NCBI GenBank assembly: GCA_951406725.2
Contig: OX597840.1
Coordinates: 22,940,001-23,004,000 of the forward strand
Length of the DNA: 64,000 nt
Direction: 5' to 3'
Source of the DNA: Octopus vulgaris
Taxonomy: Eukaryota
Positions 1 through 10,900 of the stretch are shown piece by piece (position 1 is the first letter of the stretch; each line of letters starts with the position of its first letter). Made by a program: the position numbers and the translations under genes. Under the pieces are notes generated by a model. It saw only the letters and a list, made by a program, of their open reading frames with translations. It had not been told where the DNA came from and did no database searches.

Positions 1-129
1 ACCAAGCAAGTGCGCATGCATGTTTGTGCTTAGGCTTAAGGTCTTAGCCTGGGGCCACAACATGGATGACTTAAGGCATTCGTGCACTTCATCAGCCCTG
101 CTCCCTTTAGGAATGACAGGAAGGATTTG
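1..129 (-). pseudogene. Helitron Pif1-like helicase fragment
   Basis: Minus-strand translation QILPVIPKGSRADEVHECLKSSMLWPQAKTLSLSTNMHAHLLG matches the Pif1/Helitron GDFRQILPV...CLKSS.LW...L..NMR segment; continues beyond the window start. Confidence 0.8.
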
Positions 130-449
130 CACACTTTTTTCTGAGTCTTTTCTTCCTCTTCCCACCTCACTCCTAACCTTATCGTCTTTTCTTTCTTTTT
201 AGCCAATTTCATGTGATTTTTCTGAAAGAATAGAAAAAATAATATAAGACATAGAATATGTTTAAAAGGTAGATATTCAAAAGTGCAAATTTATAACACT
301 TCTATTTTGCTAAATTGTAGAAGTATTAAACTTATCCAATCTCATCATTTTTGAGAAGTTTCTATCATAGAGTGGACACATGTATTATAATAACAACTCC
401 TAGACACACCAATGAAGCAGGAAAATCTGTGACAATGTATTAATGTGAA

Positions 450-820
450 CACAAAGAGTGGTAGAACCAACTGCAGTACAGAAAAGGACATTATATGAAT
501 TTCATTGTGAACCCCCGGGGATGTCATGACTGTAAGCTTTGATGGGGAGTCATGTGTATTGGCCAGCAATGGACCGGGACATTCAAAATTTGGTAAAAAT
601 CATGTAGAGATTGTGCATTAGCAGCCAAGGCACCACCAGAGAAATACCAATTGTGGTCTGAGACTATGAGTTTGTGGTCCTGGGTACATATAGACTATGC
701 TTGAGCTACTTGATCATGATTGATAGCCTTACAAAGTGGTTGGAAGGATGTAGGTGCAGTCAACCTACCTTGAAGGCAACTATAACGTTCCTGCACAAAT
801 TCTTTTGCTCAGTACGGTGT
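450..820 (+). pseudogene. Ty3/Gypsy integrase relic (H2C2 + start of catalytic core)
   Basis: Broken frames read ALMGSHVYWPAMDRDIQNLVK-SCRDCALAAKAPP...WVHIDYA...YLIMIDSLTKWLE; stops and frameshifts. Confidence 0.75.
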
Positions 821-995
821 TTGGATCTTTTCCTTTTGAACGGTAGACAATTTCTAGTTAACTAAACACTTTCAAACTTCATATACTGGTAGAATGTGTC
901 AAAATAAAACATTTTTAGGAAATAGGAAATAACCAAAAGTGCAATGAAATGTCTAAAAGAAAACAAACAGAATGAAAGTATTAAAATAACAGCCT

Positions 996-2360
996 GGATC
1001 TTTTCGGTTTGAACGGCAGTTTTTAACATAATTTCTAGGTAACTAAAAAATTTTAAACTTCGTATACTGGTAAAATATGTTTATAGAATATTTTTTTCTC
1101 TTGGCTTTGTTGAGAAAATTCTGTACTTTGAAAGATATTTGTTGTTGTATTTTTCTGCAATTTCAGCCAATCATTGACGTCTATTGAGGTAGAAAACATT
1201 CTGTGCCGTATGAATGTGTCCCTCGTTTAACCCTTTCGTTACCAAACCGCCCAAAGCCGCCCGAATTTACCTATTCATATTTAAATGAGAATATCAGAGC
1301 AAATCTCTTCAGTACATTCGTGAAAACACGTATTATACTTCGTAAACAGTTCAACTGCAGTTTTGTACAATAATCGAAGTGTAATTTTAATTCCGTGAAT
1401 TTTGGGAGATTTTTTTCCGAAATTTGTTCCTATTGTGTTTTCAAAATTTGTAATTCTGACAAAAAATGGATACGAATTTCATTATATCAAGCAGCGAGTC
1501 AGAATTCGAAGGATTTTCTACTGAAGACCTTCATAAATCTAACTCTATGACTGAAAAAAAAAGCACATGGTATTTGATAATGAATTTGATGTTTCATTTT
1601 CCGAAAGTGAAAACAGTGAATCTGAGATCTCCGATAGCGATAAAGAAAACGAATTGGCACCTGAATGGAGTGAAAATTTAAAAACTGTTTCTTTCGGTGA
1701 TTTTTCTGCAGAAACTGGACCAAGCCACAGACTTTCCCAGAAGGGTAAAAAAAGCCTTAGGCTATTTCTATTTACTTTTTCGAATGAGCCTATTTGAAAT
1801 CATTACAGCGAAAACGAACCGTTACGCTAAACGTAAACAAAACGAAAGAAAGGATAGTTTGTTATTTCCCACAACCTTAAATGAAATTAAGACTATTTTG
1901 CCATAAATATTATTATGGGTATCAGAAAGTTACCCAGAATAACAAATTCTATCGTAAAATTTTGTTGTATACCCAATTGAATATTAGCTAATATTTTCTA
2001 TAGCGATGTTTGAACAAAATTTTAATAATTTTATATTTTGTGGAATTTACCTGTATCTACCTGCAAATAGAGTCACTTTGTGACAAAAATTATAGTATAG
2101 AATTGGTTGAGAATATTTCATTAAATTATCTTCCAAAAATCAGATTAATATATCGATAAATAAAAAAGTTATAGTTGTTTAATGAAACCAGACTAAATTT
2201 ATGATTACGTTAGAAATTAATTGAAACACCTAAGGGGTGTATTTTGGTCAGAAATATAGTAACGAAAGGGTTAAGAAACAGATTGGGTTTATTTACATTT
2301 GTGAAGAAAAAAAAGATACCCTTCCCCTAACCCTGAAACAGACTGAAATGCAATAGATCG
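996..2360 (+). mobile_element. Non-autonomous interspersed repeat (TGGATCTTTTCGGTTTGAACGGCAG family), split by a piggyBac insertion
   Basis: Related copies at 822-915, 20290-20515 (-) and 45197-45400; absent from the paralogous intron (53131-53170). Confidence 0.6.
1231..2270 (+). mobile_element. Internally deleted piggyBac transposon
   Basis: TTAA TSDs at 1227-1230 and 2271-2274; TIR CCCTTTCGTTAC/GTAACGAAAGGG; frameshifted ORFs 1466-1950 with acidic N-terminus and YFYLLF..FEIITAKTNRYA..TTLNEIK..IIMGIRKLP piggyBac signature. Confidence 0.9.
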
Positions 2361-2391
2361 TATTTGTTTAGTGAAATTCTTTCTTTTAACT

Positions 2392-2601
2392 GGTATTACT
2401 TAATTAGAGTTGTCCAGGTGCGCGCACTCACGCATCCGCTCTAGCTAGTCGTGACTAGTCGATCCTACAACGACTACGTAGTATAAAGTAAATAAAACAC
2501 AAAAACACAAAGTAAATAAAACAAAAACACAAAGTAAGGATCGACTAGCTAGGGCGGATACGCGAGTGCGCGCACCGGGAGCACCCTTCTTAAGTAGTAC
2601 C
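2392..2601. mobile_element. MITE with 9-bp TSD (MULE/Mutator-type)
   Basis: TIR GGTA(T/C)TACTTAA...TTAAGTAGTACC; TSD CTTTTAACT at 2383-2391 and 2602-2610; empty site visible in the paralog near 53104-53140; relatives at 3807-4030 and 28268-28657. Confidence 0.85.
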
Positions 2602-2688
2602 CTTTTAACTTAGTCAACACATCGAAACAATCAGATATATGGCATGACACATATATAATAGAAATATTTATATAAATAAAATACTTAC

Positions 2689-3000
2689 ACAATAAATATA
2701 TATATATATATATGTATATATGTAGAGTGAGTTAACGAGGAAGGTGTGAGAAGAATATATTGTAGTGAAAACTGAATTCAGAGTGGACAAAGAGAGCTTC
2801 AAGAGAATTTCTTCCTCATTACAACAAACGTTAATTAATATTTTTCAGGTCCACATAATCAAAAATGCTGCATCTGTTTCTTTAGAAATTTAATTACCAA
2901 TCGTGTATATATTTGATTGGGTTTTCTCTTAAATATCAGTTGTCAAGTGGAACCGATCAAGCAATAAAAATGCGTAAGAAACAGGAGCAAGAAAGTCTTT
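2689..3000 (-). promoter_or_regulatory. ZNF-unit non-coding exon 1 (minus copy), donor GTAAGT at 2688-2683; matching acceptor at 223-222
   Basis: Reverse complement aligns with 14570-14850, 38100-38355 and 52790-53041; acceptor TTCTATTCTTTCAG|AAAAATCACATG is the same as in the ZNF units. Confidence 0.6.
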
Positions 3001-3053
3001 TACGAATTTATGTGAAGCACCTCAGCTCTTAATTAAAAACGGATATTAGAAAT

Positions 3054-3341
3054 AGAGTGATTTCCCCTCGTCTGTTAATTGCTAAATCTTTCCAATTCTG
3101 TTTCCTTGTTTAAGAGAGAACCCAATTGAATATACACACGTTTGATAATTAACTGTGTAAAGAAATCCGTACAGTATTCTTTATTAAATTCATCTGTAAA
3201 ATATAAATCAACGTTTGCTATTAAAAATCTAGATATTCTCTTGAAGCTGTCATTGTCCACTCAGACTCCAGACCTCACTGCTTCATCATATTCTCACATT
3301 TTCCTCGGTGACTCTCTATATATATATACGTATATTTCTAT
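3054..3341 (+). promoter_or_regulatory. ZNF-unit head motif AGAGTGATTTCCCCTCG plus non-coding exon 1, donor GTGAGT at 3342
   Basis: Homologous to the other unit heads; intron homology continues to 5240, where it is cut by a Helitron fragment. Confidence 0.6.
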
Positions 3342-4882
3342 GTGAGTATTATATTTATTTAAGCATTTCTATTGTATATGTGTCATTTTACGTACATTTG
3401 CTTATTCTGACGTGTTGAATAATTAAATTAAAAGAATCTCACCAAACAAAGCCGAAATTATATGAAAGTAAGGCTGACATTCGAATAATGTTGTTTTATT
3501 TTCTTTTAGATATTCCGTTCCAGTTTTGGTTATTTCTTACATTGCTTTGAGTCAGTGCAATACCTTGTTTACACAACATTTTCCTTTATTTTTGGCTTGT
3601 AAATCTAAGAATTTATTTAAATGCAGGGAAGTTCCGATGTAATTTCTGAAAAATAGAGAATATAGATTGTGCACTCGAAATACTGAAACGAAAAGAGGAT
3701 GGTTCACTGAAGAAATGGAACGGCATTTGTGTGAAACATTAAAAGAAATGTCTTTATTTTTGCTAGTTCTTCTCCGTCATTACAATTTACAACTTATATA
3801 TATATGGGTACTACTAGCAAAGACTGGACCCGGTGTGCGCTAGCTAGTCGTAAGTAGTTGATCCTACAACGACTTGCGCGTATGCATATGAGTTGATTTT
3901 ACAGAATAAAATAAAAGAAATTTTTAAAGAAAATAAATAAATTATTTCTTAGAACAATGGATTTGATTTTTTTACACAAATCAAATAAAATGTGTGTGAT
4001 ATATTCTTTTACTAGTTTTTAGTTTTTGGACAGCATCCATGGTAGGTACATCATTCAGGTATATATATATATATATTTATGTATATATATGTATATATAT
4101 AAAACAGAACTGGGAGAAGAAGAAGAAACAGAACGAAGCGACGAATCGAAACGAACCCGACACGAAGCGCTGTCAGACAATAGTGTAATAAATAAAATAT
4201 ATGCATACATACAAACATATATGTAAGTACCTACATCTACATGTATATATACATGCATATATAAAAATATATATATACGAGAGTACAAGACACCACAACT
4301 AGACGTAGAACTCAACAAGAAACGAAAACGGAAAAGCCATTTTTTTACAATGGAAAAACCGAGACGTGGAACTGGACGAGAAACGAAGACGGGAAAAACA
4401 TTTTTTTACAACAGAAAAACAAAGTACAGGACATCCTACACAAGGAAAAATCCCCAATCATCAGCTGTCGCTAGTTAGACTCAAGCGTGTTTCGAAGGCA
4501 AGACAGGACACGACTCGTCAAAACTAGGCCTTCCTGCCTGAGAATTAAAATAAAATTTTCTCACAGAGGGGTAAAACGAGCACGAAAAAAATGTAACACA
4601 AACAGGACAGTAACAATAAAAATGCACAATAAAATACAAGATAAAAATGCATGTACAGGAAAATACAAAACGAGAAATAAAAAGAAAATACAATACAGAA
4701 ATCAAAATAAACAAGAAAACAAACGAAAAGGCCTTTTTTCTGGCTATAGACGGAGGATGTCCTGGCAGCGCATGGAATCTTGTGTGTGTGTATGTATATG
4801 TATATATGTTTTTTTTTTTTTGGTTTGTTTTGATGTTTTCTTGTTTGTTTATTTACCCTAAACCCCTACCACCACATGAATT

Positions 4883-4954
4883 CCGGCCTGAGATTCGAAC
4901 CCGCGATCCCACGACCGCGAGTCGGCTGCTCTAACCACTAGGCCATGTGCCTCC
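4883..4954 (-). mobile_element. tRNA-derived SINE head
   Basis: GGAGGCACATGGCCTAGTGGTTAGAGC (A box) ... GGGTTCGAATCTC (B box); no complete cloverleaf. Confidence 0.75.
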
Positions 4955-5240
4955 ACATCTGTGTTACTAAACAAAGCTGTGTTGACAAGATAGAACTCCA
5001 AGGTGAAAACATTGGTTATCTAGGCCATTAACATCTATATTGGTGTGTGTGAGAGAGAGAAAGAGCGTGTGTGTCACAGATTTAATGTCCAGGAGTTGCT
5101 ATTATAATTATTGAATCTGCTCGTAATTTATTAACTTTTGGGTAAGTTTATTAGTTTGAATGCAGGTTTACTTCTACAATCCATTAAAACAGAAATGTCG
5201 TAAATTTGCACTTTTGAATATCTACCTTTTAAACATATTC

Positions 5241-5833
5241 CTTGACGCCCCACTTTATTGAGGCTACCATTGTAACAGGGTGTAGGAGGAGTGAAAATGT
5301 TTTCATTTCAACGATGCAGCTTTATCCCCCACGGTCAGACATGCCGGTCAAGTTCTGCAGATTGCAATGTCCGGTGAGACCATGCTTCACCATGTCCATC
5401 AACAAATCCCAAGGCCAAACACCATCGATTTGGGGTTTTCCATTCAATGAGGATAAATAATTGATAAACTAATTCCTTATAGGATTTCTGCTAAAATTGG
5501 CTACACCCAATTTTCAACCATAACTTTTACCAATTTTGACATATTTTACTCAAACTCGATGCCAGCACTACTTAGGACTCATGGGATCTTTGAATGCTTT
5601 AAGTTCTTAAAAAAAAAAAAAAAAACCATTAGTAGAAGTAATCGATAAACTGATTCCTTATGGTATTTCCCAATCAAATTCCCTGCGATCCCACTTTCAG
5701 CCAAACTTTTCGCCAATTTCAGCAGATTTCGCTCAAATGTTATGTCATTGTCACTTATTTTGGTTTGAAATAAATCACTTCATCTCTTAATGATCCGAAT
5801 TTAATACCGAGCAACGCCGGGTTATACTGCTAC
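5241..5833 (+). mobile_element. Helitron 3' fragment (Pif1 helicase C-terminus + terminal hairpin)
   Basis: ORF 5242-5460 FIEATIVTGC...PVKFCRLQCPVRPCFTMSINKSQGQT is the Pif1 C-terminal motif; hairpin ACCGAGCAACGCCGGGT 5806-5822 followed by CTAC|T (degenerate CTAG|T). Confidence 0.8.
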
Positions 5834-5886
5834 TCAAATATATATCAGGAAAGCCGTTAATATTTCAAGACAAGAGTTAGTTCCCC

Positions 5887-8800
5887 TTGGATGTGATGCA
5901 CCAAAGTAAACAGTCCTTCAGGTTGGCAGCTGTCTACGCCCCGAACGAGAATAGACAGTCGGGTTTCTTTCGGAACCTGGAGCCCTTTCTGGCGACGTCG
6001 AAAACAGTAATCCTAGTAGGGGACTTTAACACTGTCCTTGAAGCGCACATCGACAATGTTGGCTCGACCAATAGGAAGGGGAACCCTAGCCTCAGGGGTC
6101 TACTAGAGAGTTTTGATCTAGTGGACCGTTACCGACTGGATGAGCCGAGCGTTCCACAGTGGACGTGGAGTAACAACGACGGCTCATACAGATCGTATCT
6201 AGACAGGATATTGATTAAGAAAAGAGATAAGGATATATTCAGTTGTCCACAATTTCACATTGTGCCTTACTCAGATCACAAGTTGGTGACGTGTGAGGTA
6301 CAATTAGATAAGTGTCATAGACAAGGACCCGGGTACTGGAAGCTGAACAAGGCTAATTTGAATTGTGAAGACTTCCGTACCCGAATTAAGGTGTTAGTTC
6401 AGAGGGCATTGTGCGGCACCATCATTAACAATAGATGGTGGCACGCCCTCAAAAGAGCCATTCGTTTAGAGTCCGTTAGATTTAGCAATCAGCTAAGGAT
6501 AGATAGGGCTAGTCTAGAGGGCGATTTAGTTAAGAATCTAGACGAGGCAATGGAAGCTGGCTCTGCATCCGGAGTGTTGGCGGCAAGGGCGGTATTGTAC
6601 CGTCACCTTGACTCCAAACACGAAGGTTGCAGAGTCAGAGCAAAACTGCGCGTCGGGAAACGAGAAGGTATTAACGTAGCCGGATGGGCCCGTCGTGTGG
6701 AGAGTAAGAGAGGCAATAGAGCCTCAATAAAATCTTTGACTGACGAACAGGGACAAAAGATCTATGGACAGGAGGAGATGCAAAAGTTCCTTCACCAGCA
6801 TTTCGCGCGCGTGTTCGGGGGTGGTGGTCCGCTGGATCGGGGGAGTGCCTTAAGGGACTTCCTGGCCGGCGGGCCGCGGCTCGCGGGGCGTGAGGCGGAG
6901 TGCTGTGAGGGAGCGATCACTCCCGCGGAAATAAGGGAAGTGCTGGCCGGGTGCGCCGGGGAGAAGTCGCCGGGGCTGGATGGTCTGCCCTACGAGTTTT
7001 ACCAAAATATGCCGGACTTGTTCGGGGGAATACTGGCAGGCGTCTACACGAACTGGCAGCAGAATGGGAGAATTCCCAGCTCTGTAAGCCGGGGAGTGGT
7101 GACGCTAATCCAGAAAGACCCGAGCAAGGGGGATATAATTAGTAACTACAGGCCCATAACTCTACTTAACGTAGAGTTAAAGATTTTGGCCAAGGTGTTA
7201 GCAAAAAGGTTGACGGTTGTCGTGGAGAAACTTGTAGGGAGAGCACAGACATGTGCAATTCCAGGCAGGTCGATCCAGGACAACCTTCACCTTATACGCT
7301 ACACCCTAGATAGGGTGGGTAAAGTATCCGGCAAAGGCGGGGTAATGGTCCACTTGGACCAAAGTAAAGCCTTCGATAGGGTAGACCATGGGTACCTGGC
7401 GGCGGTCCTCGAAGCGACCGGACTGGGTCCCGAATTCCGCGGGTGGATCTCCGCTATGTACAGCGGCATCAAGTCCACCGTCCAGATAAACGGTTACCTA
7501 ACAGAACCGTTTTCGATCGAGTGTTCAGTGCGTCAGGGGTGCCCCTTGTCACCACTTTTGTACGTATTGGCTCTTGAGCCACTACTGCGAAGGTTGGAGA
7601 GGCTGGGGAGTAACTCAGATGAAATCGGAGGCGGGAGGTCGGTCACTGCTTATGCGGATGACATCACCCTCATCGTGTCCAAAGAGGCCCAACTACCTTG
7701 TGTAGAGGAGGCTATCAGAGGATACGAGGCGGTGGCAGGAGCAAAAGTTAACAGGGACAAATCGGTCGGCTTGCGCCTCGGCACCTGGAGGAACAAGCCG
7801 ATATCGTTCAGTGTTGTGGGACACTGGACGGATGGCCCTGTTAAGTTGCTGGGAGTTTGGTTTGGACCGGACTCCCAAACGGAGAAGAACTGGAGCGAGG
7901 TGACGGGCAAGGTGGAGGCCATAGTACGGACCTGGTCCGGAAGGTCTCTGTCCTTGAAAGGAAGGGCGGAGGTGGTCCAGATGTTCATTGCATCTGTAAT
8001 CACCTATCGCCTGACCGTCGTCCCTTGCCCCGACTCATGGCTTAACAAGTTGGAACGAATCCTTTTTCGCTTTTTGTGGAAAGGAGGAAAGCCACTTGTG
8101 AGACGCTCCGTGTGCTGTCAAGAACCGCTAAAGGGTGGGTTAGGGATGCCTTGGTTGATGATGCGCAGACATGCGTTGAGACTAAGACATCTCTGGCACC
8201 ACCTGGAAGGTGATAAGGTGTGGAGTCCGCTGGCAGAGGGATTTTTCCCGAGACCGGCCTCCTTAGTTAATTTTAAACCCGGTTACATCAGAAGATGCAA
8301 TCTGACTCCATGGCAAAAGGAGTGCCGACAGGCACTCACGCTAATCCACAAGACGGGCAAGGCCGGCTGCGGAAATACCACCTCGGTATTGTATAGAGGG
8401 CTGGTAGAAGGTAAAAACGATGACGTCCTAGGAGGGGCTCTGGGGTTTGATGAAGACCAGCTTGCCAATCTGTTTAAGAAAACGTTCAGGTCGGGGTATT
8501 TGGATAATTTCCAAAGATCCCTGGCCTGGCAGTGCTACAGGAATGCTTTACCTGTTCGCGAGAAGTTATCGCGGCACGGAGTTCCAGTGCCACCGACATG
8601 TCCAAGATGCGGGTTGAGCGATGAAACCGTTCAGCACGCTTTTGTTCACTGTCGGAAGTTGAACGACTTGATAAGTTACGCAGAACACGTGTTATCGCAT
8701 CTGGGACGAGTACAGCTGTCGGCTGAGTCTATGATTAAGATGATACCGCCAACTGGACTCTCGAAGGAAGGTGAGGCATGTTTTCACTGCACGGTTGCAG

Positions 8801-9000
8801 TAGTAAAGGAATGCATGTGGAGAACGAGAATGGAAGGAGCCGCGACAGGGTCCTTTATCTCCGGGCCCGGCTTGCTCACGTACTTCAGATATCATCTGAG
8901 AAGCAAGATGGGACTGGAGAGGAGGACCTTGCCGCGGGGAGTGTATGAGAAAAGATGGAAAGAAGTGGAAAGAAAGGTGGGTGTGAGAAGCCCAGCTTGA
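5887..9000 (+). CDS. Tx1-like ORF2 (truncated APE endonuclease + reverse transcriptase + C-terminal CCHC), uninterrupted 1037 aa
   Basis: VYAPN, LVGDFN, SYLDRI, SDHKLV, GPGYWKLN, KSPGLDGLP, NYRPITLLN, DQSKAFDRVDH, RQGCPLSP, YADD, CPRC...ETVQHAFVHC. Confidence 0.92.
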   Translation: MDVMHQSKQSFRLAAVYAPNENRQSGFFRNLEPFLATSKTVILVGDFNTVLEAHIDNVGSTNRKGNPSLRGLLESFDLVDRYRLDEPSVPQWTWSNNDGSYRSYLDRILIKKRDKDIFSCPQFHIVPYSDHKLVTCEVQLDKCHRQGPGYWKLNKANLNCEDFRTRIKVLVQRALCGTIINNRWWHALKRAIRLESVRFSNQLRIDRASLEGDLVKNLDEAMEAGSASGVLAARAVLYRHLDSKHEGCRVRAKLRVGKREGINVAGWARRVESKRGNRASIKSLTDEQGQKIYGQEEMQKFLHQHFARVFGGGGPLDRGSALRDFLAGGPRLAGREAECCEGAITPAEIREVLAGCAGEKSPGLDGLPYEFYQNMPDLFGGILAGVYTNWQQNGRIPSSVSRGVVTLIQKDPSKGDIISNYRPITLLNVELKILAKVLAKRLTVVVEKLVGRAQTCAIPGRSIQDNLHLIRYTLDRVGKVSGKGGVMVHLDQSKAFDRVDHGYLAAVLEATGLGPEFRGWISAMYSGIKSTVQINGYLTEPFSIECSVRQGCPLSPLLYVLALEPLLRRLERLGSNSDEIGGGRSVTAYADDITLIVSKEAQLPCVEEAIRGYEAVAGAKVNRDKSVGLRLGTWRNKPISFSVVGHWTDGPVKLLGVWFGPDSQTEKNWSEVTGKVEAIVRTWSGRSLSLKGRAEVVQMFIASVITYRLTVVPCPDSWLNKLERILFRFLWKGGKPLVRRSVCCQEPLKGGLGMPWLMMRRHALRLRHLWHHLEGDKVWSPLAEGFFPRPASLVNFKPGYIRRCNLTPWQKECRQALTLIHKTGKAGCGNTTSVLYRGLVEGKNDDVLGGALGFDEDQLANLFKKTFRSGYLDNFQRSLAWQCYRNALPVREKLSRHGVPVPPTCPRCGLSDETVQHAFVHCRKLNDLISYAEHVLSHLGRVQLSAESMIKMIPPTGLSKEGEACFHCTVAVVKECMWRTRMEGAATGSFISGPGLLTYFRYHLRSKMGLERRTLPRGVYEKRWKEVERKVGVRSPA

Positions 9001-9239
9001 CCATGGAGGAGAGAGAGGAAGTGGAAGCTGCAGGGCCTCATCAATTGCCGGGGTGTAAAAGCTCCAGTAAAACCACAAAGGTCATCTACGAGTGTTTGTT
9101 ATACTAGTTATGCAAAAATTTTTATTTTATAACGAATCCAAACGGAAATTTTAATCGAAATCTCTTAAATGTTTTTTGTATGTATGTCCTGTAATTGTCC
9201 CCTCTATGTATTGATTTTTATAATCTTAATAAAGAAATA
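5890..9239 (+). mobile_element. Tx1/L1-clade non-LTR retrotransposon copy 1, 5'-truncated
   Basis: Bounded by the direct repeat AAGAGTTAGTTCCCCTTG (5872-5889, 9240-9257); starts inside the APE domain; 3'UTR ends AATAAAGAAAT with no poly(A). Confidence 0.92.
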
Positions 9240-9451
9240 AAGAGTTAGTTCCCCTTGAACTTTCATCTGCGTTTTGAGAAAGTTGCTGCCTTTTGTTGAG
9301 AGAGTTCGAATTTTTGCTCATCGTTGTTTGTGTTAATTGTTATTTGAACAGTGCCCGTTGTGTAACGGTAATTTTCGCCCTACGGGGCAGAAAATTCCGT
9401 ATTTAAAATTGTTATTACCTTCGAGGTAATTTTTGAAACATTTTTTGAGAA

Positions 9452-10873
9452 ATGGATTTCGACTTGGCGTCGAAGAATGATTTTCCCGCGATGGGAACAA
9501 GTGAATTAAAGGACACTGAAGTAACAAAACAGTCTTTTTCGGCCGCGGTAGGCGGAACCATGATGGACGTTGAATTCAAGATCGAACAACTGTTCGAATT
9601 TAGGAACTTGGTGAAAATGGAAGGAAACGAAATCAAACTTGTACCGCCGCAAGCGAAGGTACAAGAAATAAAGGAAAAAACAGTTATATACAAAGTGTAT
9701 AGCTACAAAGAAAAGAAAATTATGGACGTCAGAAACGAAATGGTCGAAAAGTGCTTGTCCCCGGTGTGGGACAAAATTCGCCATGTCGTTCGAGGTGCTC
9801 GCAGCGCTACTGTTGAAGCACATTTTGACTCGGCTGAGGTAGCAAGAGAGGTGTCATCATTGACCCTGAAAAATGATGATATCATGCTGCTACCCTCGTA
9901 TATGGGAAAAAGAACAGCTAAACTGCTGGTAGAGGACATACCGAGAGGGTATGATATAATGTGGGTAGCAGCGGCGGTCCTGCACAATGTAGAGCGGGAA
10001 GTTTCGATTCTGCAGATGAGAAGGAAAGAGGAGGTACGCTGGAACTCCTCGTTCAGGCAGAAAACAAGATATTGGAGAACCTGCCCGATAGGATATTTAA
10101 CGAAGATGGAACGTCCATGAGAGTGTCAGTGGAGGGGCGCAGACCTAGATGTTTTAAATGTGGCGAGAAGGGTCACGTCCGCTCGAACTGCTTAAAAAAA
10201 AAAGAAAACCAACGAAGCCCCTCCTCAAAGTGCTTCAAACACTGAAGGGGAGAAGGCGGAAAAAGATAACAAGACGACGACAAGCAAAGAAACAGAAACG
10301 GAGGATTGTATCGTACAAATGGATTACACACAGGTGACACACAAAAGAAAAAAAGACAACACCCTGGACTCCCCTCCCCAAACAAGGAAAAAATCAGCAA
10401 GCACCGCAGACATACACACAAAGCAAATTCCCCAGCCCTACCCCCATGGCACTGTATTCATTGGGAAACAGTTCGCCAAACCCCTCCCCATAAAACAAGA
10501 TGTGAAAAAGTCTTTAAAAAAAAATGATAAGATCATTGCTTTTGATGAAAAAAACGAAAGGGTATATAAATACTATAAATTTTCAAAATTTAAACTATTT
10601 AGCAAGGCTACAGACATAAAAGCAACCACTCGCTTCGCAAAAATAAAGGAAGACGAGTGGAAGGAGGAAATATTACAAGAACATCTAAAGAATAGACTGA
10701 TTAGAGATGTAACAAAAGAAGTACTGGAGGGTAAACTTGTTATAACCCCGGCAACCACACCTACCCAGAGCCCGGTGGCAACGCCGGTTAAGAGCCCTGC
10801 AGCTACTACCACAAGGGAGGAAGAAGGGGAAGCGGGCAGATTTAAACTGTCATGCTCTCTTTCTCAACCGTAA
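9452..10873 (+). pseudogene. Tx1 ORF1 (gag-like, CCHC zinc knuckle), frameshifted
   Basis: ORF pieces 9452-10120, 9961-10245 (CFKCGEKGHVRSNC) and 10319-10873. Confidence 0.8.
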
Positions 10874-10900
10874 GTTCATTTATTTTTTCTCTCACCGAAA

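Noticed and set aside
129-212. In-frame fusion of the exon-2 uORF to the Pif1 helicase
   Set aside because: The ATG at 212 is 83 nt from the Pif1 codon frame (not a multiple of 3) and hits a stop
4478-4545. Possible hammerhead on the minus strand (GAAGGC...GCCTTCGAAAC)
   Set aside because: No CTGAnGA core at the required position
4883-4954. tRNA gene
   Set aside because: A and B boxes only, no proper acceptor stem; SINE head
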